Origin: a virus
Virus record (IMG/VR): IMGVR_UViG_3300042971_000032
DNA: 64,000 bases
Strand: one strand, 5' to 3'
The position numbers and the translations under genes were made by a program. Below the pieces are notes generated by a model, which ran no database searches, was not told the DNA's origin, and saw only the letters and a program-made list of their open reading frames with translations. Position 1 is the first letter of the stretch. Each line of letters begins with the position of its first letter. Positions 19,755 through 28,728 of the stretch are shown one piece after another.

Positions 19755-20213
19755 ATGAAACACAGCGTGAAGAGAAAACAGAATAAAGGTTTCACTCTAG
19801 CGGAGCTCCTTATCGTGGTCGCCATCATTGCTGTGCTCGTTGCAATCAGCATACCGATCTTCAGTAAGCTGGTGCAGAAGGCAAGACTCGCCGCAAATCA
19901 GGCAAACGCCAGAGCTGCATATGCCGCGGTAGAAGCGGAATACATCACCAATAATCCTTCAGCGATGGATCCAGTGAGCGAAACTTATTACACTTATGAT
20001 GCATCGACAGGCAAGATAAAGATAATAAGATCAATTGGCGGCGGATATATGTCCGTTGGTGACGATAACTCAACTCCTTCATCTTGGTTGACATCTACAA
20101 GGATCGGTGGACATTGGGATTGGACCCTTGGCCAGCATGTATATAAGAAATGGTTGCTGGTTGTCAATAATGTAAGTGGGAAGGTAAGGGAATACATGGT
20201 ATATCATGATTAG
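19755..20213 (+). CDS. Type IV prepilin (pilin 6, copy 2)
   Basis: Identical protein to 16156-16614. Confidence 0.92.
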   Translation: MKHSVKRKQNKGFTLAELLIVVAIIAVLVAISIPIFSKLVQKARLAANQANARAAYAAVEAEYITNNPSAMDPVSETYYTYDASTGKIKIIRSIGGGYMSVGDDNSTPSSWLTSTRIGGHWDWTLGQHVYKKWLLVVNNVSGKVREYMVYHD

Positions 20214-20274
20214 CTTTTAACTTTTTTAGATATGGAACTTTCACAACATTGGTATGCTTATGGTAGGGAGGTAG

Positions 20275-21135
20275 GTGACCATCATGAAAAACAAGAATAA
20301 AGGCTTCACACTTGGGGAACTCCTCATTGTGGTCGCCATCATCGGAGTACTGGTTGCAATATCCATCCCGATCTTTACCTCTCAGCTCGAGAAAGCCAGA
20401 GAAGCAACGGACGCGGCGAATATTCGATCACAGTATGCAGAGGTGATGGCAGAGGCAATAACCGATGGCGGCGATGTAAACGGCATGGATATGTTCGGTG
20501 CCGTGGTGCTCAAGCAGAAGAAAGATCAATGGCAGAGCGCAGGGCTAAAGAAAAATCTGGAAGGTGTATATCAGAGCATAGAAGGTGACTATCCGAAAGC
20601 TGGCGGCACTGCTTGGGTTGAGTATAAGAATGACAAGGTGATCCTTCACTATGGAGACGGAAGTGGAAATGCTGGTGGAGGAAGTACCGGAGGTGAAAAC
20701 ACTGGTGACGGAAGTGGCTCCGGCTCTTTAGCAAATCCAGATGAGATTAATTCGAGTACACAACTTCCTAATGCTTTCAATACCTCGATAAATGATTGGG
20801 ATAAAATCGTAAGTAATAATCCAAGTTATAATATTGTTCCAGGAATGGTATACGGCTACCAAGGATCAATTTACTTCGGTACAAGCAATACAGAAGTTAA
20901 GAATGATCAGTATACTCACCAGGGTTTGAATGACGCTGTTGCTTGGTTTGCTGCAGCAAAATATACTGGAAAAATTTGGAGCTCATCTGATTTTGAAAAT
21001 CAGAGATATGATATTACCAGAGGAGATATCTGTAAGGTTGGTAAGGATTATTATGTTTTCAAAGATGGTGGCAATACATCATCCGGACCAGAGAAAGCAA
21101 GCTGGCAATGGCAAAAGATTAACCTGAATGAATAA
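20275..21135 (+). CDS. Type IV prepilin, leader + body B with Gly/Ser linker and extra C-terminal domain
   Basis: Same leader as 16676 up to GG 20344-5, then a unique 286-aa product. Confidence 0.9.
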   Translation: MTIMKNKNKGFTLGELLIVVAIIGVLVAISIPIFTSQLEKAREATDAANIRSQYAEVMAEAITDGGDVNGMDMFGAVVLKQKKDQWQSAGLKKNLEGVYQSIEGDYPKAGGTAWVEYKNDKVILHYGDGSGNAGGGSTGGENTGDGSGSGSLANPDEINSSTQLPNAFNTSINDWDKIVSNNPSYNIVPGMVYGYQGSIYFGTSNTEVKNDQYTHQGLNDAVAWFAAAKYTGKIWSSSDFENQRYDITRGDICKVGKDYYVFKDGGNTSSGPEKASWQWQKINLNE

Positions 21136-21491
21136 GATCGTTATAAAGTTCACATCCCGTATCCCAGTCATCCTTTTGCCTCCGAAAGCCCGGACTGCTT
21201 CCCGGATTTTAAAACCGTGGACTGGGGCTTTATGTGCACTCAGAAAGCACCCTCAGTAGAGCGGCTTTACCATCATTCGGTGTGTTGCCGACAATGGTTG
21301 AGCGCGAGAATACAGTCAAGTTATCGGGGTGTTTGTGAAAGGAATAGATGGCGGTGCGGGATGAATGCCTGCATCGCTTTTTCGTCCTCATCAGTTTTGA
21401 TTACACATGTTCATTTTTCAGAGCTCAATGTCCGGCGTTCATGGTATACTGATTTTATCCAATCATTTTTTACACGCGGGGGACTGCTGCT

Positions 21492-23825
21492 ATGATTCTT
21501 GATAAAAAGCAGATGACCGAGGAGGATATCAAGCTCAATTACATCACGCCTGCCATCAACCGGAGCGGGTGGGTGAATGGCGTCAACATCACCATGGAGA
21601 CGAGGATCACGGATGGACGGATCAATCTCCGTGGCAACATGGCATATCGTGAAAACCCTAAGAAGGTCGATTATCTTCTCTATTTGAACAAATATCATCC
21701 GATTGCTGTTGTGGAAGCAAAGGATAATACACACACGGCCGGTTTTGGCATGCAACAGGCGATGACCTATGCCCAGATGCTGGATGTCCCTTTTGCGTAC
21801 AGTTCCAATGGCGATGCGTTTTTAGAGCATGACTTTCTGACTGGTCAAGAGCGGCAGATTGCAATGGATGCGTTTCCCTGTCAGGAGGAACTGCTCAAAA
21901 GATACCAGCAGAATGTGAATGACGGAAAGGGCCTGAATGAAGAGGAGACAAAGCTCATTGAGCAGCCCTACTACTCCAGTCCGTCTCTTTATTCGCCGAG
22001 GTATTATCAGCGCAATGCGGTGAACCGCACGCTCGATGCTATCGCTCGCGGACAGAATCGTATTCTTCTTGTGATGGCGACTGGTACCGGCAAGACTTAC
22101 ACGGCTTTTCAGATTGTTTACCGTCTGTTGAAGAGCGGGGTGAAAAAGAAAGTCCTTTACCTTGCGGACCGCAACAATCTGGTCGATCAGTCGATTCAGC
22201 GGGATTTTGCTCCGCTCGCAGGGGTTACTCACAAGGTTAACTTTGCAAAAGACAGCAAAGACACGATCACTTCCTATCAGGTTTATTTTGCTCTCTACCA
22301 GCAGCTGGTCGGGGACAACGATCAGGAGCACTACAGTGAACTCTTTGATCCGGAGTTCTTCGATCTCATCATTGTCGATGAGTGCCACCGCGGCTCCGCA
22401 AAGGAGGACAGCAGATGGCGCAGGATTCTGGACTACTTCCGTGACGCCACCCAGATCGGTATGACCGCGACACCAAAAGAGACGGAGTATGTTTCGAATA
22501 CCACCTATTTTGGTGAACCAGTTTACAGCTACAGCCTGAAGGAAGGTATCGATGATGGATTCCTTGCGCCATTCAAGGTGTATGGGATAACGCTGAACAT
22601 TTCCGATGGTTGGAGACCGTATAAGGGTCAGAAGGACTACTACGGTAATGAGATCGAGGACCGGATTTATAACAATACGGACTACGACTACAACATCATC
22701 CTCGCGGACCGAATTCAGGAGGTCGCCTTCCGGATTACCGAGTTTCTGAAGGCTACGGACCGGATGCAGAAGACGATTGTATTCTGCGCGACAGAAGCCG
22801 CAGCGGAACGGATGCGGGAGGCACTCGTCAACCTGAATACGGACATGGTAAAGCAGAACCCGGACTATGTGGTTCGCATTACCGGAAACGATGACTACGG
22901 GAATAGTAAGCTGGACTATTTCATCTCGGTATCGAGCAAATATCCGGTGATCGCAACGACCTCAGAATTGCTCTCGACCGGAACCGACTGCAAGATGACA
23001 AAGCTCATTGTCATTGACAAGAACGTCAACTCCATGACACAGTTCAAGCAGATGATCGGGCGAGGGACCAGAGTGCGCGAGGACCAGGGTAAGCTGTTCT
23101 TCACAATCATGGACTTCCGGGGCGTGGCGAGGCTCTTCGCTGATCCGGACTGGGATGGCCCGGTGGAGATCAACGAGAACTTTGAGCCCGGGCAGGGTGA
23201 CCGCTCGCCGGTTAAGGTGGAACCAGACAAACCGCCTGTGGAAAAACCACCAATGCCCTACGTGGACGCGAGTGGTTGTCCGGTAGACGTTGTCAGGGAA
23301 ACGGTCTCTGTCTATGATTCAGGAGGCAAGCTCCTTCGGCAGGAGAACATTATCGACTATACGAGAAGAAACATTCGTGGCGATTATGCGGATCTTGGCG
23401 CATTTGTGCGCAGATGGTCGCAGGCCGATAAGAAGGAAGCAATCTCTGAAGAGCTAAAGAAACATGGCATCGACCTTGAGAAGATGAAAAAGGATCAGCA
23501 CATGGAGGACGTGGATGATTTCGATTTTATTACTCACGTTGCCTATGACCAGAAGCCGCTGACGAGAAAAGAACGCGCAGAGAACGTCAAGAAGAGCGAC
23601 TTCCTGCACAAGTACAGTGGTGTGGCGCAGGAAATCATTGAGGCGTTGCTCGAACGGTATGCCAATGAAGGCATTTACGAAATCGAGCGGAAGGAAATCT
23701 TGAAGCTGGATCCTTTCCGGAAACTTGGCTCTCCTGCGCGGATTGCAAAGTATTTCGGCGGGAAGGAAGGATATCTTAAGGCGGTGCATGAGCTGGAATC
23801 GGCGATCTACATGCAGGCCTTATGA
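21492..23825 (+). CDS. hsdR: Type I restriction enzyme R subunit
   Basis: VVEAK nuclease motif, MATGTGKT Walker A, DECH box, C-terminal LERY...LDPFRKLG segment. Confidence 0.93.
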   Translation: MILDKKQMTEEDIKLNYITPAINRSGWVNGVNITMETRITDGRINLRGNMAYRENPKKVDYLLYLNKYHPIAVVEAKDNTHTAGFGMQQAMTYAQMLDVPFAYSSNGDAFLEHDFLTGQERQIAMDAFPCQEELLKRYQQNVNDGKGLNEEETKLIEQPYYSSPSLYSPRYYQRNAVNRTLDAIARGQNRILLVMATGTGKTYTAFQIVYRLLKSGVKKKVLYLADRNNLVDQSIQRDFAPLAGVTHKVNFAKDSKDTITSYQVYFALYQQLVGDNDQEHYSELFDPEFFDLIIVDECHRGSAKEDSRWRRILDYFRDATQIGMTATPKETEYVSNTTYFGEPVYSYSLKEGIDDGFLAPFKVYGITLNISDGWRPYKGQKDYYGNEIEDRIYNNTDYDYNIILADRIQEVAFRITEFLKATDRMQKTIVFCATEAAAERMREALVNLNTDMVKQNPDYVVRITGNDDYGNSKLDYFISVSSKYPVIATTSELLSTGTDCKMTKLIVIDKNVNSMTQFKQMIGRGTRVREDQGKLFFTIMDFRGVARLFADPDWDGPVEINENFEPGQGDRSPVKVEPDKPPVEKPPMPYVDASGCPVDVVRETVSVYDSGGKLLRQENIIDYTRRNIRGDYADLGAFVRRWSQADKKEAISEELKKHGIDLEKMKKDQHMEDVDDFDFITHVAYDQKPLTRKERAENVKKSDFLHKYSGVAQEIIEALLERYANEGIYEIERKEILKLDPFRKLGSPARIAKYFGGKEGYLKAVHELESAIYMQAL

Positions 23826-23835
23826 GGAATAATAG

Positions 23836-25368
23836 ATGAGCGATTTAGGAAGTTTTGTAAAACGGCTGAGAGACATCATGCGGAATGACGCAGGTATCAA
23901 TGGTGATGCCCAGCGGATCGAGCAGATCGCATGGATCCTGTTTCTGAAGGTCTACGACGCACAGGAGGAGAACTGGGAATTCGATCAGGAGGATTATGTC
24001 TCGATCATTCCGGAGGAGTGCCGCTGGCGCAACTGGGCAGTAGATGATGGAAAAGGCAATGCTCTGACCGGAGATCAGCTGCTCGATTTTGTGAACAACC
24101 GGCTGTTTCCGGTACTCAAGGGAACAGATGTAAAGGACGCAAGCGGAAACATTCTCCTGCATGGCATCCAGGTTGACAGGGACACACCCATCAATAAGGC
24201 GATTGTGCAGGCAACCTTTCAGGATGCCAACCAGTACATGAAGGACGGCGTTCTTCTCCGACAGGTGATTAATGTCATCGACAGCGTGGACTTTGGAAGC
24301 TATGAAGACAGCCACGCCTTTGGCGACATCTATGAGTCTATTTTGAAGGAGCTGCAGAGCGCAGGTTCCGCAGGTGAGTTCTACACGCCCCGTGCCGTCA
24401 CGGACTTCATGGCGGAGATGATCAAGCCGAAGATCGGCGAGCATATGGCGGATTTTGCGTGTGGCACGGGTGGATTCATGGTGAGCTGGCTGACAGAGCT
24501 TTCCAGACAGGTGAAGGATACGGAGGATTCCAAGGCGCTCAGTGAGTCTATCTATGGCATGGAGAAAAAACAGTTCCCGTACATGCTCTGCGTCACCAAC
24601 CTTCTGCTGCATGGTGTGGATGTACCGAGGGTGTATCACGGGAACTCCCTGATGCACGACGTTCTTGATTACACGGAGAAGGACCAGTTTGACGTGATCC
24701 TGATGAATCCGCCCTATGGAGGTTCCGAGAAAAACGACGTGAAGAACCACTTTCCCTCGGAACTTGCAAGCTCCGAGACAGCGGATCTTTTCATGTCGGT
24801 CATCATGTACCGCTTAAAGCAGGGCGGCAGAGCAGCCGTTATCCTGCCGGATGGGTTTTTATTTGGTACCGATAATACGAAGGTGGCAATTAAGAAAAAG
24901 CTCTTGACGGAGTTCAACCTGCACACCATCATTCGGATGCCAGGCAGCGTTTTCTCGCCGTATACGTCCATCACGACCAATATCCTGTTCTTCGATCATA
25001 CCGGCGCGACCAAGGAAACCTGGTTCTATCGTCTTGACATGCCGGAGGGCTACAAGCACTTTAGTAAGACCAGGCCAATGAAATCCGAGCACTTTGATCC
25101 GGTGCGTGAGTGGTGGAACAACCGGACGGAGATCAAGGATCAGGACACCGACACATGGAAGGCAAAGAAGTACACCGCACAGGAGATCGCAGACGGCGGA
25201 TTCAACCTGGATCTCTGCGGCTATCCGCATGAGGAAGAGGAGATCCTTGCGCCGCTCGATCTGATCCAGCAGTATCAGGAGAAACGCGCCAGTCTGAACG
25301 CGGAGATCGATCATGTACTTGATGAGATCGTGGCGCTTCTGCCGCATGACGAGGGAGGAGAACAGTGA
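23836..25368 (+). CDS. hsdM: Type I R-M methyltransferase subunit
   Basis: GEFYTPR, DFACGTGG and NPPY motifs. Confidence 0.95.
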   Translation: MSDLGSFVKRLRDIMRNDAGINGDAQRIEQIAWILFLKVYDAQEENWEFDQEDYVSIIPEECRWRNWAVDDGKGNALTGDQLLDFVNNRLFPVLKGTDVKDASGNILLHGIQVDRDTPINKAIVQATFQDANQYMKDGVLLRQVINVIDSVDFGSYEDSHAFGDIYESILKELQSAGSAGEFYTPRAVTDFMAEMIKPKIGEHMADFACGTGGFMVSWLTELSRQVKDTEDSKALSESIYGMEKKQFPYMLCVTNLLLHGVDVPRVYHGNSLMHDVLDYTEKDQFDVILMNPPYGGSEKNDVKNHFPSELASSETADLFMSVIMYRLKQGGRAAVILPDGFLFGTDNTKVAIKKKLLTEFNLHTIIRMPGSVFSPYTSITTNILFFDHTGATKETWFYRLDMPEGYKHFSKTRPMKSEHFDPVREWWNNRTEIKDQDTDTWKAKKYTAQEIADGGFNLDLCGYPHEEEEILAPLDLIQQYQEKRASLNAEIDHVLDEIVALLPHDEGGEQ

Positions 25369-26852
25369 CACCACAGCAACTGAAAAACAGTATCCTCCAG
25401 ATGGCTATGCAAGGGAAGCTAGTGGAACAGCGACCGGAGGAAGGCACCGGGGAAGAACTGTATCAGCAGATCCAGAAGGAAAAGCAGAAGCTGATTAAAG
25501 AGGGGAAGATCAAAAGACAGAAGCCCTTGCCGGAGATCACAGAGGATGAGGTGCCGTTCGAGATACCGGAGAGTTGGAAGTGGGTGAGGCTGGGGGCACT
25601 TATGTTTGACATAAGCGATGGAACCCATCAAAGGCCAAATTATATGAGCCAAGGAACTCCTTTTATATCTGTAAAAGATGTCAGTTCTGGAAAACTAGAG
25701 TTCGATAATTGTAAATATATTAGTAAAAAAGATTCAGATAAATTAAATGCTCGCTGCAATCCTGAATATGGAAATATATTGTTGACTAAAGTTGGTACAA
25801 CAGGAGTTCCTGCAATTGTTGATACAAAAGCGCAATTCAGTTTGTTTGTCAGCGTTGCACTGCTTAAGTTTGATAACGATCATATAGATTGCCATTATTT
25901 AAAATTTCTCATTGAATCACCATTGGTTCAATTGCAAGCGAAAGAAAATACCAAAGGAGTAGGCAATAAAAATTGGGTATTAAGAGACATATGTAATACT
26001 ACTGTTGCCATTCCTCCCCTCGCCGAGCAAAAGCGCATTGTGGAAAAGATCGAAGAGATCATGCCATTCATTGACCGCTATGCTTCCGCTTACGACAATT
26101 TGCAATCCTACAACACTCGCTTCCCGGATGATTTGAAGAAATCCATCCTTCAGATGGCGATTCAGGGAAAACTGGTACCACAAGATCCGAATGACGAACC
26201 TGCAAGTGTACTGCTTGAGAAAATTGCCAAAGAGAAGCAGAAGCTGGTCAAGGAAGGGAAAATCAAGAAGCAGAAGCCACTGCCGCCGATTAAGGATGAG
26301 GAGATACCATTCGATATTCCGGAGAGTTGGGAGTGGGTGAGACTTGATGATATAGTGATATTTGAAAACGGTGATCGAGGGAAGAACTATCCTAACAAAT
26401 CAGAATATGTAAAGTCTGGCGTTGCGTGGATAAACACTGGGCATATTGAACCGAATGGCTATTTATCTACGGTACGAATGAACTATATTTCACAAGAAAA
26501 ATTTGATTCCTTAAGGAGTGGAAAAATAGCCCAAAATGATTTGGTGTTTTGCCTACGGGGAGCAACATTTGGAAAAGTGTGCAGAGTAAAGCCATATACC
26601 AAGGGAGCAATTGCCTCCTCCTTAATGATAATTCGCTCTATTATTGGTGATCTTGAAGAATATCTGTTCATTTATTTAAAATCTCCTTTAGCAGCGAACG
26701 AGCTACAAAAATATGCAAATGGATCGGCACAGCCTAATTTAGGAGCAAAAGATGTAAGAAAGTATTTAATTCCTCTTCCTCCCCTCGCCGAGCAGAAGCG
26801 TATTGTCACCAAACTGGATGAATTGCTTCCACAGATCGATGGGCTGAAATAG
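25365..26852 (+). CDS. hsdS: Type I R-M specificity subunit (two TRDs)
   Basis: Duplicated PF(E/D)IPESW(K/E)WVRL and PPLAEQKRIV repeats flanking two AT-rich variable regions. Confidence 0.93.
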   Translation: MTPQQLKNSILQMAMQGKLVEQRPEEGTGEELYQQIQKEKQKLIKEGKIKRQKPLPEITEDEVPFEIPESWKWVRLGALMFDISDGTHQRPNYMSQGTPFISVKDVSSGKLEFDNCKYISKKDSDKLNARCNPEYGNILLTKVGTTGVPAIVDTKAQFSLFVSVALLKFDNDHIDCHYLKFLIESPLVQLQAKENTKGVGNKNWVLRDICNTTVAIPPLAEQKRIVEKIEEIMPFIDRYASAYDNLQSYNTRFPDDLKKSILQMAIQGKLVPQDPNDEPASVLLEKIAKEKQKLVKEGKIKKQKPLPPIKDEEIPFDIPESWEWVRLDDIVIFENGDRGKNYPNKSEYVKSGVAWINTGHIEPNGYLSTVRMNYISQEKFDSLRSGKIAQNDLVFCLRGATFGKVCRVKPYTKGAIASSLMIIRSIIGDLEEYLFIYLKSPLAANELQKYANGSAQPNLGAKDVRKYLIPLPPLAEQKRIVTKLDELLPQIDGLK

Positions 26853-27108
26853 GGAATAGAATTGAACTAAGCATTATTTACATTGAGACAGCACCGAATA
26901 TGAAGCAAGAGGTTCATCTATGCCAGATCCCAAACACGGTGAGCCATTGAAAACTACCAGAATTACTATCGATGGGAGTTCCGGCTATTGCCCAGTGGAT
27001 ATAGCATTTCATGATCGTATCTCGCTGACGCCGAACTCTATCGAATATACCTATTAGACGTAGCATAGACAAGAATTGTTTTTGGTAATGTAAAAGTGAA
27101 ATTATAAT

Positions 27109-28061
27109 TTGATTATGGAAAATATAGATAACGAAATCACAAGCTTTTATTCTGAGTTAATTCCAGAATACTGTAATAAAAGCTGGTATGAAGATATAAA
27201 ACGGCTTTATAGTATAGATGAAGCACTTTATCACTTGGTTTACTTTGAAATATTGCCTGAATACATGCGAGTAGCAGTGAGTCCGAATAATAATTATGAT
27301 AGAGAGAAGATATTTTGTTTTCAACTGGATAATTTAAGAAATAGAAAATATTTTTGCGCAAAATATTTATCTTGCTGTGCAGAAGAATTTACTTTTTTAG
27401 GAGATGTAATACAAATAAAGTTTTCTGGGGCAAAAATATATGAACTTGAAATAATGACATTTTTATGTAGAAAAAGTAGTCATGCATTATTAGAATATGG
27501 TAAAAAATTTAGTTCCTATCTTTACTTGCTATATATAGAAAACGAAATCCTTCAAGTATATAGTGGAAGTAGATGGTATATATATAATCAATATATTCAT
27601 AAAGCAGGAATTCTAAAGGCGCTTATAGAAAAAGAGGAGAAAAGACTGGCGGAAACATGTAATTTTATTATTCGTGAAATGAAGAAAAAAGGGGAAATAC
27701 AATCGAAATGGGTTTCGGAATTGACGCTTTATACATTTATTAAGGACTATATTCCGAATGCAAAATATCAGTATAGAACAAAATGGTTAGAGGGACAGTC
27801 GTTTGACATATATTTGCCAGACGAAAAAATTGCAATTGAATATCAAGGGGTTCAACATTATACAGCCGTGCCGTATTTTGGAGATGAAAAAAATTTGAGG
27901 AACAAAAGCAAAGAGATATTCAAAAACAGAAGAAAGCAGAAAAACATAACATAAAAATAATATACTGGACGTATGAGAAACGTGTAAGTTGGAGAAATGT
28001 TTATCAGTTTTTAAAGGAAAATAATATTAGCATTAGAAGAATTACATCCACTAATTTATAA
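27109..28061 (+). pseudogene. AT-rich gene with C-terminal PD-(D/E)XK/DUF559-like nuclease domain, frameshifted at A7 tract 27887-27893
   Basis: SFDIYLPDEKIAIEYQGVQHY motif; one extra A restores KFEEQKQRDIQKQKKAEKHNIKIIYWTYE to the stop at 28061. Confidence 0.65.
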
Positions 28062-28355
28062 GTTTATGGTGATTTTCCTCGTTCTATTCTTCCGTGTAAA
28101 CGCATAAAGTCCGTTGATTTATCAGCACATCAAATTCCATAGCATAAAAATGTTGTTTGCAATAATTGTGTTGAGACCCTTTCTGGTGTTATATAGTTGG
28201 ACAACCAGTAGATCGTTCAAAAAATAGACGGACCAATGATTTTGCAAGATGACGCTAGGTAAGACCTTCTTTGACATTTCAATTGGTTCAGCCAATTACT
28301 GAATGCTCTACTAGTAGAGCGTTAATTACATATAGGCGATAAATAAGGCGTCTGT

Positions 28356-28565
28356 GGATCTGTTAACAAAGATCAAGAAAAAATATCAGAGCTGGATCAT
28401 TGGACCGATAAACAGGAGACATGCGCTGCGGTCGAGATTCTCATTCGCGACACTCTTCTCACGGAGCTTTCCGATAGCTATGATTATAAGCGGATCAAGG
28501 AATATCGGAACAAAATCTATAAGTACGTGTATAAGCACTATCCGGAAGTGAATGCTGTGGCGTAG
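28356..28565 (+). pseudogene. Relic 3' end of another type I HsdR gene
   Basis: DLLTKIK/KISELDHWTDKQETCAAVEILIRDTL...YRNKIYKYVY resembles HsdR C-termini; frameshifted, with no upstream coding sequence. Confidence 0.55.
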
Positions 28566-28728
28566 ATAAGTTTATCTCACTATGCAGTTTTGACAGCTAT
28601 GAATCAGCCCACTACTCATGGACAAAGTTGAAAGTTGAAACCTTAGAGATTCCCCATTGACACCCCGGCTTGTCCGGGGTATTATTTTACTTGCAAGTGT
28701 AATAAATATTACAGATAGGAAGAATGTT

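Larger units (their letters stand above)
16745..20345 (+). repeat. Tandem duplication unit, copy 2
   Basis: Direct repeat of 13146-16746. Confidence 0.95.

Noticed and set aside
13956-20213. Shufflon-type inversion system
   Set aside because: All pilins are complete genes on one strand, with no inverted cassettes and no tyrosine recombinase nearby.
13146-21135. Diversity-generating retroelement acting on pilins
   Set aside because: No reverse transcriptase in the window. The two copies differ by only one G/A change, far short of an adenine-specific TR/VR pattern.
25365-26852. Phase-variable (invertible) hsdS locus
   Set aside because: There is a single hsdS with direct, not inverted, repeats and no silent TRD copies.
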